Source: Candidatus Saccharimonadota bacterium (GTDB lineage Bacteria > Patescibacteriota > Saccharimonadia > UBA4664). Taken from it: a stretch of 64,000 nucleotides of DNA. The stretch's first letter is position 1. The number at the start of each line of letters is the position of its first letter. The notes below the pieces were generated by a model that saw only the letters and a list, made by a program, of their open reading frames with translations, did not search any database and had not been told where the DNA came from. The DNA lies in NCBI GenBank assembly GCA_019352195.1, contig JACAFG010000005.1:156287-220286 (forward strand). The letters run 5' to 3'. Below are positions 48,709-59,291 of this stretch, one piece after another. The translations under genes and the position numbers were made by a program.

Positions 48709-50229
48709 TTAGTAGCCAGAGAAATGGTCGGTTTTGATACTGCTCGTGGCGACTCCCAGGTCCTGAAGATACGCCTTCGTGGCATCGACCATGACGTTGG
48801 GGCCAGAAATGTAGAAGGTCCGCTGGACGGCGTCAGGAATGAGGCTCGAGAGCAGGTTGGTCGACAGTTTGCCGGTTATGGCGCCGGGCGCTGATACCCC
48901 AGTTTGGGTGATGATGGGGATAGTGGTCACGCCAACTTGGCGGGCGGCCTCAAATTCAGTCATGTAAGCGAGCTCGGCTGGATCTGATACGACGTAGAGT
49001 ACGACGACATCACTTTGGATACCTGAGTCAGTCAAATACTTCACCATGCTGCGAAACGGGGTTACCCCAATGCCGCCCGCAATGAGCGCCAGTTTTTGGT
49101 GGTCGTGTTTGCCTAAGGTGAAGTTCCCGCCCAACTGACTGGCGTAGAGCAAATCGCCTGGTTGGAGCTGCGCCATGGCGGCTTTAAAACTACTGGCCGG
49201 TTCATAGTACTTGATGCCGAGCTGCACGGTATTTTCCGTGGGAGAAGAGGCAATGGTAAACGTTCGGCGGTTGCCGCGGCTATCGTACGGTACGCCGGCT
49301 AAGGTCCACTCCATGTACTGACCTGGCAGAAACGTAAACGGCTGGTCGGGCTTAAAAACGTAGTTGTAGACGCGGTCGGAAATACGCTGAACTTCTTGGA
49401 GTTCGAGCCGCAACCGGAATTTTGGTGATACCAAGTAGGCGTAAACGTTACCAAGCAGGAGGGCTACCTCGGGGTAAATGATCAGGGGGCCAATTTGCCA
49501 AGCGGTGGCATATAAAATTCCGACGAAGACGCCAAAAACTAATTGCTTGTTCAGTCGTGGCGGCATTGTCGCTGGTTCAGTAAGCATAATGGTAGCTAAG
49601 AAGATGAGGGGCGAGCTAATCAGGGCCGCCTTCATATTGCTGCCAAAGGCCTGCTGGCCAAGGGAAAAGCTGAGTGCCTGCGTCACGATCGCGGTGGCGA
49701 CGAAACTTAGTACCATGGGAAAACGGCGGATCTTGCGGACGACCAGGAGCCCAAGAACCAGGGTAAACGGCCAGAAAATCGCGCTGCCAATCCACCAGGT
49801 AGTGGACTGAAGACCGGTGAGCCCAAGAATGGTGGCGGCTAACGCGGCCGGATTAAAGAAGTGCTTGGCGTTACGGGCGAGGAGAAATTTAGACGCGCTC
49901 GAGATGGCGCCACCTAGGATTAGGGCTACGGCCGAGGCGGAACTGGTCGCCGGATGGACAATCAAAAATAATATCAGCGCCGTAATGAGCCATGATTGGT
50001 TGTTGGTGGGCACGTCAAATAGTTTGGAAAAGCTAAAGTCGGTAATGAAGGCCGAGCCAAGCAGCAAAAATAGTGACACCACCATGGCCGTGGGACTGGC
50101 CGATAAGCGTCCGAGCATTGAGGCGCCAATGCCGATGGCTGCCAGAAGACTGAGCACGTAGACCACGAGGCGATACATGGTGATGCGGTTAAGCACAGCA
50201 TTAATGGGCTCAGAGATAGTTTTAAGCAT
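48709..50229 (-). CDS. NqrB/RnfD-like membrane domain fused to FNR oxidoreductase
   Basis: HFFNPAA, MLTEPATMP; PGQY, RTFTIASSP, AGGIGVTPF, SGP. Confidence 0.85.
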   Translation of the reverse strand: MLKTISEPINAVLNRITMYRLVVYVLSLLAAIGIGASMLGRLSASPTAMVVSLFLLLGSAFITDFSFSKLFDVPTNNQSWLITALILFLIVHPATSSASAVALILGGAISSASKFLLARNAKHFFNPAALAATILGLTGLQSTTWWIGSAIFWPFTLVLGLLVVRKIRRFPMVLSFVATAIVTQALSFSLGQQAFGSNMKAALISSPLIFLATIMLTEPATMPPRLNKQLVFGVFVGILYATAWQIGPLIIYPEVALLLGNVYAYLVSPKFRLRLELQEVQRISDRVYNYVFKPDQPFTFLPGQYMEWTLAGVPYDSRGNRRTFTIASSPTENTVQLGIKYYEPASSFKAAMAQLQPGDLLYASQLGGNFTLGKHDHQKLALIAGGIGVTPFRSMVKYLTDSGIQSDVVVLYVVSDPAELAYMTEFEAARQVGVTTIPIITQTGVSAPGAITGKLSTNLLSSLIPDAVQRTFYISGPNVMVDATKAYLQDLGVATSSIKTDHFSGY

Positions 50230-50232
50230 ATT

Positions 50233-50748
50233 TTAGGCCTGGGCCTGCGAAGCGATTTGGTTTAGCGTCTGGACGAATCCGGAGGTTGTATCAGAAGCGC
50301 CTGAGATAACGTCAAGACTGAGCCCGCTCAGGCTTTTGCCGACGACATAGTTTTTGTAAGACGAGGCAAAATCTTGTTGGTAACTCGCAGAGGTGCTGTC
50401 GCCTTCACTATTTTGAATCGAAGCGTTGGTAATAACTCCGCCGACTAGTTTCACCTCGACACTAATAGATTCCTGACTGTGGGGCACCCGGTAGTTGGCT
50501 GATGCAGAATAGGTGCCATCTTTGTAGCCATTCGTGGTAGACGAGGCGGCTCCGGTCGCTGAGGGAGTGGCGGGCGTAGTTGTCGGCAGGCTGGAAGCTG
50601 ACGTCGAGACGGTTGACAGCGTGCTGACGGCGGAGGTTTGGTTGGATTTGATCTTATCAATCGTGATAACGGTACCCCCGATGACGGCGACGCTAATCAG
50701 GGTTGCTAAAATTTTAGTCTTGCCGTGTTGTTCGTACGTTGTCAGCAT
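50233..50748 (-). CDS. Membrane-anchored FMN-binding (flavinylated) protein
   Basis: YKDGTY..., DVISGASDT flavinylation-type motif. Confidence 0.85.
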   Translation of the reverse strand: MLTTYEQHGKTKILATLISVAVIGGTVITIDKIKSNQTSAVSTLSTVSTSASSLPTTTPATPSATGAASSTTNGYKDGTYSASANYRVPHSQESISVEVKLVGGVITNASIQNSEGDSTSASYQQDFASSYKNYVVGKSLSGLSLDVISGASDTTSGFVQTLNQIASQAQA

Positions 50749-50815
50749 GCGGTCTCCGTCATTATTGTTACGTTAGTACCAGTCTAATGAAGCTGGTTGA
50801 GTCTATCCTGAGGAC

Positions 50816-51463
50816 TTATTGAGCTATATCTGAAGCCTTGGCGAAGGGAATATACCAGTGCGCAATCGCACCGATGAGGAGTAGGCTCAGGCACCAGCCA
50901 GCCAGGACATCGCTCGGATAATGGACGCCTAAATAGATGCGCGAGGCGCCGACGGCCAAGGCGTACATGACACCTAAGGTGAGCGCAAGGTAGCGCCATT
51001 TCGTGTTCCATACCAAATAGATAATGGCGAGCGCAAAGGCGCTACTGATGAGGCTGTGCCCGCTCGGAAACGACTGCCCTGTCTCCACCACTAGATGAGA
51101 TAAATAGCTGGGGCGCACGCGGCCAATGATGACTTTGAAGACGTAAGCTAGAACAACGGCGCCGAGAACTCCGGCGGTGATGATGCCGAGCTCAAAGTGT
51201 TTGCGTTTTGAAATGAGCCCAAATCCAAGAATAGCCACTGAGACTAAGACAACGGGAGTGCTTCCCACATCAGTAATGAGATGAAATAAAACCGTGTGGT
51301 TGGGCGAGCGGAGGTTGCCAAAAAACTGCATTATGGGTTGGTCGAACCATATTTGACGATGGGAGACGACCGCAATAGCTAAGGCGATAAAAATGGTGGC
51401 CGGAATCAGGTAAGCGAGATAATAGGGGCTAACTGAGCGGTTGGGATTAGGTGTGAGTTTCAT
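50816..51463 (-). CDS. PAP2-family phosphatase
   Basis: K..IGRVRP, SFPSGHS, SRIYLGVHYPSDV. Confidence 0.93.
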   Translation of the reverse strand: MKLTPNPNRSVSPYYLAYLIPATIFIALAIAVVSHRQIWFDQPIMQFFGNLRSPNHTVLFHLITDVGSTPVVLVSVAILGFGLISKRKHFELGIITAGVLGAVVLAYVFKVIIGRVRPSYLSHLVVETGQSFPSGHSLISSAFALAIIYLVWNTKWRYLALTLGVMYALAVGASRIYLGVHYPSDVLAGWCLSLLLIGAIAHWYIPFAKASDIAQ

Positions 51464-51515
51464 GCTGCCTTATTATACGGTTTTCGCATGGGACTAGCGT
51501 GAGAATGGACCCGCT

Positions 51516-52523
51516 CTAGCTATGATGAGGGTTGGCTTGTGGCACAACGAGGGTAACCGTCGTACCTTTACCGACGGTTGATTTTATGTCAATTCGTCCG
51601 TTATGCAGCTTGATGATTTGGCGCACCAGCGCGAGCCCCAGTCCATGTCCGGGTGAATTCCGGGCGGCCTCGGCGCGCCAAAACCGCCGGGACGTTGCTC
51701 TGATCTCCTCGTCGGTCATGCCTATCCCCTGGTCGGTCACGGTGATGATGATGTCAGCGTTGTGGGACGTGGCGGCAACCGTTATGGGGGTATCGACCGC
51801 GGAGTATTTGACGGCGTTATCAATGAGATTCTTGATAGCTTGCTCGAGCAGAGCGGAGGAGCCCATCACCGTCAGATTGGTCGGGGTATTCAGATGGATA
51901 CGACTCGCAACGTCCGGCGCTGCGGTTCGCGTAGCTCTGACACTGCGAGTCATGAGCTGATACACATTGAGAGGTTGAAACTGCGCCGTCACTTGATCTG
52001 CCTTGCCTCTCGCTAGCAGCAGGAGGCTTGCGACCAGGTCAGACAAGGCTTTGGTTTCGGTCAGACTGGCAGCAATTGACGCCTGGTAATGCTCGGGACT
52101 ACGTGGGCGGCGGAGCGCAAGTTCGAGTTCGCCTTGAATAATACTGAGCGGTGTTCGCAGCTCGTGGGAGGCGTCATCAACGAATCGCTGCTGCGTTTCG
52201 TAAGACACTTGAATCGGTCTCAGGGCGCGCCGAGCCATTTGGTAACTTACAATCGGGATAATAAGGACGACTAAAGCGTCGGCAATAAGCAAGCCAGCCT
52301 GAAGCTCGTCGAGTCCCTCGTCGACCGTATTATGGATGTCTCGTTGGCGGATACTACTGTGCTCAAGATCACTATGCTGCAAGTCTGAGGTAATATTTGA
52401 CTCATAGTTGCTGGCGAACGTGCGGTTCATATAGTAGTAAATGCTCACACTAAAGAGCCCGACCAAGCCAATGAGTAGAATCGAGTATTGCCAAGTAAGG
52501 TTAATGACAGTTTTACGAAACAT
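51516..52523 (-). CDS. Sensor histidine kinase
   Basis: SHELRTPL, NLIDNAVKY, DQGIG, GHGLGL. Confidence 0.92.
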   Translation of the reverse strand: MFRKTVINLTWQYSILLIGLVGLFSVSIYYYMNRTFASNYESNITSDLQHSDLEHSSIRQRDIHNTVDEGLDELQAGLLIADALVVLIIPIVSYQMARRALRPIQVSYETQQRFVDDASHELRTPLSIIQGELELALRRPRSPEHYQASIAASLTETKALSDLVASLLLLARGKADQVTAQFQPLNVYQLMTRSVRATRTAAPDVASRIHLNTPTNLTVMGSSALLEQAIKNLIDNAVKYSAVDTPITVAATSHNADIIITVTDQGIGMTDEEIRATSRRFWRAEAARNSPGHGLGLALVRQIIKLHNGRIDIKSTVGKGTTVTLVVPQANPHHS

Positions 52524-53203
52524 TAGGCCTGTTTGCCGATCATATAGCCAGCGCCTCGGCGGGTCTCAATGATATCGGGCTCGCCGCCTGCGGTGAGTTT
52601 CTTGCGAACGTAGCGAATATAGGTTTCGACGACATTGCTGAGACCGTCATACTCATAGTCCCAAGCGTGCTCGAGCAGTTCAGATTGACTGACAATTCTG
52701 CCGGCATGCCGCACCAGATAATCAAGAACAGCGTACTCCTTGGCGGTAAGCTCGATAACTCGGCTGCCTCGGACAGCGCGGCGCGTGGCAGGCTCTAGGG
52801 TGAGGTCATCAATCGTGAGTGAAGTCAGCTGGGCCTTGGCGGCTCGTCGCAGCAGAGCGCGGATTCTGGCCAACAGCTCGTCTAAGTTAAACGGTTTCGT
52901 GAGGTAATCATCGGCCCCAGCATCAAGTCCGGAAACTTTGCTGTCTGGTGAGTCGAGCGCGGTTAGCATGAGGATCGGCAGGTGGTGTCCCCGCCCCCGA
53001 ATTTGGCGGCATAACTCGATACCGCCACCGGCGATTCCCGGAATGAGTAAATCGAGAATGACCAAATCATACGCTTCAGCGTCGAGCGCGTCGTTAGCCT
53101 GGGCCGCGTCTAAAGCCACGCGCACCGTATAGCTGGCTTCGGTTAGAGCGCGGTTGATGAGGCTGGCGATTTTGACTTCATCTTCAATGACTAATAGTTT
53201 CAT
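52523..53203 (-). CDS. OmpR-family response regulator
   Basis: Receiver plus winged helix; GADDYLTKPF, ETRRGAGY. Confidence 0.93.
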   Translation of the reverse strand: MKLLVIEDEVKIASLINRALTEASYTVRVALDAAQANDALDAEAYDLVILDLLIPGIAGGGIELCRQIRGRGHHLPILMLTALDSPDSKVSGLDAGADDYLTKPFNLDELLARIRALLRRAAKAQLTSLTIDDLTLEPATRRAVRGSRVIELTAKEYAVLDYLVRHAGRIVSQSELLEHAWDYEYDGLSNVVETYIRYVRKKLTAGGEPDIIETRRGAGYMIGKQA

Positions 53204-53281
53204 GCAGCTCCGTGTAGCTGTAGTACACCATATTCATCCTGATATGACCATGAGAAAGCTCACCGCGACATCGATTAAGTC

Positions 53282-54190
53282 CTATTTTAAGGTCGCAATG
53301 TCGATAACAAAGCGGTAACGCACGTCAGATTTTACGACGCGTTCGTACGCCTCATCAATAGCGTCGGCGGAGATAACTTCGATCTCGGCACCTAAATGAT
53401 GTTCGGCGCAAAAATCGAGCATTTCCTGAGTTTGCTCGATACCGCCAATCAGCGACCCGGCAAAGGAGCGGCGTTGCCCAATGAGCGAGAAGACGTTGAG
53501 CGATAGCGGTTTGGGCGGAGCGCCGACATTTACCAGCTTGAGGCCATCATCTTTTTTCGATAGCGACTGCGACAACACGGTGACTTCGGCGCCGAGGGCA
53601 TGCGCCAGCTTGACGGCCATGTGACCGAGACCCCCAAGACCGACAATCGCAACTTGTTTACCAGGACCAGCGCCCCAGTGCTTAAGCGGCGAGTAGGTGG
53701 TGATGCCGGCACACAACAACGGTGCCGCGGCGTCCAGTTCGATGTCTTCGGGGATGCTAAGGACAAAGCCTTCGGTTACCACCACATGCGTTGAGTAGCC
53801 GCCAAGGGTTGGGCTGCCGTCGCCATAGGTATCGACGGAGGCGTACGTCCCGGTCATACCACGCAGGCAAAATCGTTGCTCGCCTTTCAGGCAGTTAGCG
53901 CACTCGCCGCACGAGTTAACCATACAGCCGACGCCGACCCGGTCGCCGACTTTGTGCTTGGTGACTTCAGAACCTACTTCGGCCACGATGCCCGCTATCT
54001 CGTGTCCGGGGACGAGGGGGTAGGTTTCAGACTGCCACTCGCCACGGACGTGATGAATGTCGGAATGACAAATGCCAGCGTATTTAATTTCGATGAGGAC
54101 GTCCCTCGCGCCGACCTCGCGGCGATCGATGGTTGCGGGTTCGAAACTGCCATTGGCCTCTAAAATGGCGCGTGCCTTAACTTGCTTCAT
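53282..54190 (-). pseudogene. Zn-dependent alcohol dehydrogenase (CAD/YahK-like) with internal in-frame deletion
   Basis: CHSD, GHE, four-Cys Zn site, GLGGLG; sequence jumps from KKDDGLKL to VNVGAP, lacking part of the Rossmann fold. Confidence 0.75.
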
Positions 54191-54479
54191 AAAATTCTCC
54201 TTTCTATGGGTTTACCCTATAGCCAGATGTAAGTCATTGGCGATTATTGCAGGGTGCGAAGTAAATTGATGATGCTAATTGATTTAATTGGCAAAATATT
54301 GTTTTCTTTTGGCACGTCGGTGGCAGAGGTGAGACAATGATCACAGCTAGGAACGTGATGGTCTGTGGCCTGCATTATGTTGATTTGGTTTGATGGCGCT
54401 GAGCTGCCATCAAATTATCTCCTTATTCAAGCGCATTAATGCTCTATTATCGCTGGCCGATGAGTTAGCAGGGAGCCAT

Positions 54480-54839
54480 ATGAAATCACTTTCACCCGAA
54501 GAGGCACTTAAAATTGCCGTTGAAAAACGAATCCTGAATGAATTTGGGTCAAAAATTCTCAACGAGGAACGCCTAGACAAAGTCCTCAGTTACCATGATA
54601 AAGCTGACCGTCGACTGGCCGTCCACTCGGTCATGTCGTTTCATTGTGAGTGCGATGACGCCACTTGTGAGGAAACGATCGAGTTATCGACCGAAGAATA
54701 CGTCCAAATGCACCATAAAACCAAGCAGTTTATCGTCGTGCCATCGCACGTGCGATTGGATCTCGAAGAGATTATTAGCAGTTTTGGAAAGTACGCTCTC
54801 GTAGCTAAGTATTTCCCCCACACCAACTTTTCCGATTAG
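54480..54839 (+). CDS. Hypothetical protein with CEC..C..H motif
   Basis: FHCECDDATCEETI..EY..FIVVPSH; SD GGGAG. Confidence 0.7.
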   Translation: MKSLSPEEALKIAVEKRILNEFGSKILNEERLDKVLSYHDKADRRLAVHSVMSFHCECDDATCEETIELSTEEYVQMHHKTKQFIVVPSHVRLDLEEIISSFGKYALVAKYFPHTNFSD

Positions 54840-55306
54840 TTGGTTGGCTTGGGGGTGTCTTCGAGCTGGATCTCCATGTGCTTGAGGAGGCGGCCGTTCA
54901 GCTCTTCAATTTTGAGCAGGGCGGTCTGGAAGTCAGTTATATCGATGGCAATGGTATAAATTCCAACGACCACGTCATCTTCAATAATCGGCTCGACCCG
55001 GATGTCGTTGTAGAAGATCTCCCCGTTCTTACCTTCAACTAAGGTACTCTTAAACATTTCTCGCACGCCGTGCTTACCTTTGAGGGCTCGTTGTTTGATG
55101 GCCGTCAGCTTAGCGGCTTCGCGAGCCGGCAGCCAATCGGCATCGGTTTTACCGACCAGGTTTTCGCGCGCCATTCCTTCATGCGTGTTGAAGAAATGAG
55201 TGTAGCGCAAATGCACATCCTGCTGTGAGACAGTGACGCCGGAATTTTGCAGGGCTTTTTCAAGGACGTTTCGACTCGCGATAATCTCGGATAAAATCTT
55301 GTCCAT
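54836..55306 (-). CDS. Standalone PAS-domain protein
   Basis: QDVHLRYT..GKTDAD..EP..VVGI..IDIT. Confidence 0.8.
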   Translation of the reverse strand: MDKILSEIIASRNVLEKALQNSGVTVSQQDVHLRYTHFFNTHEGMARENLVGKTDADWLPAREAAKLTAIKQRALKGKHGVREMFKSTLVEGKNGEIFYNDIRVEPIIEDDVVVGIYTIAIDITDFQTALLKIEELNGRLLKHMEIQLEDTPKPTN

Positions 55307-55487
55307 GGTGGGTCCTCGTTGTCGATACTTGGTTGATGTGACTACTATACGTTCCAGTTTGCACCATAACGGGGTCATTGCCATTGGGTAGTTCTCCTAC
55401 AATGTGAAGCAACTTGCAGTGAGTTCTGTGAATGGCCTGAGTCTACGAAAAACCCCAAGCGCGGGGTTTTCCGTAGCTTGGGGCGGG

Positions 55488-55817
55488 TTAGTCCACCGTG
55501 AGGCGGTAGACCATATAGCTGGTGTCGACGTTGTTTTGGCCGGTAGCTTCATCGAAGGTGATGAGGTAGCTGGCGTGGACCGACACGAAGGGCATGAGAT
55601 GTACTTCGGCGGCGAGGCGGTCAGTGAAGAGGCGTTGGAGGGTCAAGAGTTCGAGTCCCGAGGCGCCCGATCGGCAGATCACGAGCTCCACTTTGAAGCG
55701 ACGATCGCCGTTGGCGTAGCGCTTTTCGAGCTCACTGAAGGCCATGACCGCAAACCATTCCACCTGCCGAACGAACTCTTCGAGTCTGGAAGCACGGCTG
55801 TCGAGTAGTGTCGTCAT
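55488..55817 (-). CDS. Hypothetical protein
   Basis: SD AAGGAG; followed by hairpin 55443-55476. Confidence 0.55.
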   Translation of the reverse strand: MTTLLDSRASRLEEFVRQVEWFAVMAFSELEKRYANGDRRFKVELVICRSGASGLELLTLQRLFTDRLAAEVHLMPFVSVHASYLITFDEATGQNNVDTSYMVYRLTVD

Positions 55818-55819
55818 GA

Positions 55820-56245
55820 CTACTCCTTGGACGGGTTGGCGGCGGAGGTCGCGAGGCGGGTTGGTTCGTTGCGTTCGAGTAGTTCCAGATGGAGTGTGAG
55901 GTGCCTGATCAATTCGGCGCTGGTGATGCCGCACTCGGCGAGACCGATGTATTCATGGCTGATCAGACGCGTCAACTCAGCCGCGTAGGAACTGCCAGGG
56001 TGAGACTTGAGCCAGTCAACGGCTCGTTTGGCATCTGCTAGGGCGCAGGGTCGCCTGAAACCTGAGACCTCACGGTGGTTCGTCCCCAGTGCCTCGTAGT
56101 TGTCACCACTCTGGCTTAGGTACTGGACCAAAGCGAAGTAGGCAGCCAAAGTGCATTCATCGGGGTGATTGCGGAGGGTATCCAGATACTGCCGGGCAAT
56201 GTAGTAAGCTGCTTCGTCGTGTATTCCCATATAGCTCACATCCAA
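55820..56245 (-). CDS. Hypothetical protein
   Basis: ORF directly upstream of 55817. Confidence 0.5.
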   Translation of the reverse strand: MDVSYMGIHDEAAYYIARQYLDTLRNHPDECTLAAYFALVQYLSQSGDNYEALGTNHREVSGFRRPCALADAKRAVDWLKSHPGSSYAAELTRLISHEYIGLAECGITSAELIRHLTLHLELLERNEPTRLATSAANPSKE

Positions 56246-56317
56246 AGTGTTTTGAGGTGGGTGAAACGAATAATCTATTATAGCATTAATCTAGTTAAAA
56301 GCAAGGGGATGAGCAGA

Positions 56318-56350
56318 CAAACAAGCCGGACAAATTGTCCGGCTTGTTTG
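56318..56350. terminator. Intrinsic terminator
   Basis: CAAACAAGCCGGACA-AAT-TGTCCGGCTTGTTTG. Confidence 0.75.
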
Positions 56351-56363
56351 CGGTGCGTGAGGC

Positions 56364-56717
56364 CTAATTCCAGGGCGCGGCTACCTGCAGGTAGTTACCG
56401 TCGGGATCCGCTACAGTGGCCAGCCACATCGGGTTATCAGGGCTGGGATGATAGGGCTCGGCGATGCTCGTGGCGCCCAGCTTAATGAGCTCATTATATG
56501 AGGCTGGTACGTCTTCGACTTCAAGGGTGAGCATAATGCGGGCGGGGGCGGTGTTTTGACCGGTCACTTCGCTATGGCCGCCAATCATGATTTGGGCGCC
56601 GTCTTGCCAGCCGTACCAGGTATCTTCTTGCATGCCAGGTTTACCGAGAATTTTAGTGTAGAATTCGCCGAGAGCTTTGGGGTTGTCCGATCCAACCATA
56701 GTGCCGCTAAACTTCAT
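56364..56717 (-). CDS. VOC/glyoxalase family protein
   Basis: FYTKILG, EVEDV, ADPDGNYLQ. Confidence 0.88.
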   Translation of the reverse strand: MKFSGTMVGSDNPKALGEFYTKILGKPGMQEDTWYGWQDGAQIMIGGHSEVTGQNTAPARIMLTLEVEDVPASYNELIKLGATSIAEPYHPSPDNPMWLATVADPDGNYLQVAAPWN

Positions 56718-56739
56718 GAACGTGCTCCTTATATGGAAG

Positions 56740-57618
56740 CTAAAAACCTGATCTAGTTTCTAATTCGGCTTTTATCAGGCGCCCAAGATCGCTGATGGTA
56801 AAACGCTTATCGGTTTGGATGTGGCGGCTGATCTGGCCCAAAATAAAGGCACCAGTAGCCAGACCCTCTCGTCGCCGGGCGGGGTTTTGCATCCAAAATA
56901 CGCTCGCCAGCGCATAATAAGCGGCTGGATACAGACTCAAGCGATAGTCGGTAGGGGTCACAATGAGCGGTTGGCCGGGCACGGCAATAATAATTTCAGT
57001 GCCATAAACGAGCATAGAAGCGGCCATCTGGGCCGACACCGAGGCCACGATCTCGAGCTTGTTGATGAGGCCGCCACCGGGACGGATTTGGACAGCGACA
57101 CCGAGCTGATCGGCAAGTTTGAAGACTTGGGGCATAGTCAGTACGAGCAAATTATCAGCGCTTTTAAGCAAGGTGTGCGGGTTCGATAGACTGAGCGTAA
57201 TAGCTTCGTCAAACGCGATGACGGGGCGCACGGTTTCACCAATAAACCGGTCGATCAGAATGGCTGTTTCGCTATTGCTCGACAGGCTTACCCCGAGCGC
57301 GACGGCTTCCATATCTTCGCTTAGCTCGAGTAAACGCCCAAGCGCTTCACGGCCCAGCGAGCCCGATGGGCTTGAGGCGACGAAAGTGGTGCTCGGGGTA
57401 CCTGCGAGCAATTTTAACAGCGCGTCGGGCAGCGCCACCAGGCACTCCCCTGCCCCAGCGGCCCCGGCCAGCGCAAAGAGGGCCGTGGGTTGGCTCAGCT
57501 CCCCGGTATGGCCGCCTGCAATTAGCAAACGCCCTGCCCCACCACGGGTAACAGGGCGATTGAAGAGAATGGCCGGGAAAAGCGGGCTGTCGTCTTGGCG
57601 GATAAAGTTGGGCGTCAT
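56740..57618 (-). CDS. YjeF C-terminal/NAD(P)H-hydrate dehydratase-like protein (degenerate)
   Basis: GRLLIAGG..GAGECLVALPD..ALG. Confidence 0.6.
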   Translation of the reverse strand: MTPNFIRQDDSPLFPAILFNRPVTRGGAGRLLIAGGHTGELSQPTALFALAGAAGAGECLVALPDALLKLLAGTPSTTFVASSPSGSLGREALGRLLELSEDMEAVALGVSLSSNSETAILIDRFIGETVRPVIAFDEAITLSLSNPHTLLKSADNLLVLTMPQVFKLADQLGVAVQIRPGGGLINKLEIVASVSAQMAASMLVYGTEIIIAVPGQPLIVTPTDYRLSLYPAAYYALASVFWMQNPARRREGLATGAFILGQISRHIQTDKRFTISDLGRLIKAELETRSGF

Positions 57619-57650
57619 GCGGGTATTATAGGGACGCTTCCTACTTGAGG

Positions 57651-57899
57651 CTAGGCTTGGCCGCTTTTCGTCTCGGGTTCAATGGGACTTTCGTCGTACA
57701 TCGCCAGTTCATCGGGACGCAGACTTTCGTAATACATGGGAGCTTTAGCGCCCAATTGACTGCGTTCAACCAGCTCGTCAGCAAATTCCGGTTCAAAGCC
57801 GAGCCGGATAATTTGTTGCGCTTTACTCGCCGCGTCAACGCCGGAAGTTAATATTTCTTCTAGTCGTCGTTCTTGCCACATGGCGTCTTTCTCGCTCAT
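57651..57899 (-). CDS. Hypothetical protein
   Basis: SD GGAGG; acidic 82 aa. Confidence 0.6.
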   Translation of the reverse strand: MSEKDAMWQERRLEEILTSGVDAASKAQQIIRLGFEPEFADELVERSQLGAKAPMYYESLRPDELAMYDESPIEPETKSGQA

Positions 57900-58032
57900 G
57901 GTACCCTCCACCACTTATTGAATTTCACTATACGACGTGACACATTATGCCAGCATTGGCGTTTTATCCAATCGCATAACAAATTTGCGTCCGCTTTTTG
58001 GACTCGTCTGGACGTCCGTGCATAATAGCGTC

Positions 58033-59235
58033 ATGGCCTACTCGTTATCTCCAGATCAAGCCGAAGCGCTGCGTCAAATTGGGGTATGGTACCGCACCCG
58101 CGCGACGCCCTACATTACCTTGGGCGGCTACGCGGGTAGCGGTAAATCAACCTTGGTGGCGTATTTACGACTGAAGCTGCGCGAATTTGATGACGACGCG
58201 AGAGTGGCGTTCTGCGCTTATACCGGTAAGGCCACGCGCGTCCTCACGGAGCGGCTGCGAGAGCAAAAGGTGCCACGTCGCAGTGACACCGTCAGTACGA
58301 TTCACTCACTGATCTACACTACGAGCGAGACCGCGAGTAGCGCGCCCACCTGGACGCTTAAAGACAAGCTCGAGCGTGATCTCATCATTGTTGATGAAGC
58401 GTCAATGGTTGATGAGGCGATTTGGCGCGACTTACTTAGTTTTGGAGTACCAGTGCTGGCGGTGGGCGACCATGGTCAGCTGCCACCAGTGGGATCAAGT
58501 TTTAATTTGATGGCTGATCCGCAGCTGCGGTTGGAGCGGATTTGGCGCCAGGCTGAAGATTCGCCGATTATTGAAGTGGCAACGCTGGCGCGAACGAGCG
58601 GCCAGTTGCCGGTGCGGCAATTTGGTTTTGGGGTACGTAAGCTCGATAAGAGCGTGGCCGAAACGGGCCAAAATGTCGGCGAAATGCTGGAAAATTGGCG
58701 TCCTGATTTATTGGTCTTGTGCGGTTACAACCATACGCGCATTAAGCTGAACCAGGCCATCCGTCAGGCTACCGGCGCCGAAGTGGTTGAGCCACAGCCC
58801 GGGGACCGGGTGGTGTGCCTGAGTAATAACCGGGCGTCTAAAATTTATAACGGCATGCTTGGCACGCTGACGTCGATAGGGCCCGCCACTAATGATCCCG
58901 GGCAATTATGGTATGAAGCCGAAATAGAGCTCGACGGCGAAGATTATCGGTATCAGGGAGTTTTGCTGCGGGCCCAGTTTGGCGCCACCGAGACCGCGCG
59001 TGATGTGGCGGTCATGCCAACTGGTTTACGACCTGACTTGTGGGATTTTGGCTACGCGCTGACCGTGCATAAAGCGCAGGGCTCGCAGTCGCCGAAGGTG
59101 CTGGTGTTTGAAGAGCGTTCAGCCAAAATGAGTGATGACGATTGGCGACGGTGGCTTTATACCGCGGTGACCAGAGCGCAGGAGGAATTGACGGTGGTTG
59201 GGGTAGATCCTGAGGCCGAAGGAGTTGCGCCGTAG
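58033..59235 (+). CDS. RecD/Dda-like SF1B DNA helicase
   Basis: GYAGSGKS, TGKA, TIHS, VDEASMV, GDHGQLPPV, YALTVHKAQGSQ, LYTAVTRA. Confidence 0.92.
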   Translation: MAYSLSPDQAEALRQIGVWYRTRATPYITLGGYAGSGKSTLVAYLRLKLREFDDDARVAFCAYTGKATRVLTERLREQKVPRRSDTVSTIHSLIYTTSETASSAPTWTLKDKLERDLIIVDEASMVDEAIWRDLLSFGVPVLAVGDHGQLPPVGSSFNLMADPQLRLERIWRQAEDSPIIEVATLARTSGQLPVRQFGFGVRKLDKSVAETGQNVGEMLENWRPDLLVLCGYNHTRIKLNQAIRQATGAEVVEPQPGDRVVCLSNNRASKIYNGMLGTLTSIGPATNDPGQLWYEAEIELDGEDYRYQGVLLRAQFGATETARDVAVMPTGLRPDLWDFGYALTVHKAQGSQSPKVLVFEERSAKMSDDDWRRWLYTAVTRAQEELTVVGVDPEAEGVAP

Positions 59236-59291
59236 CGTAAGGCGTCATATCATAACGCTAAAGCTAAATCAGATATGGAGCCCCACTCGTC

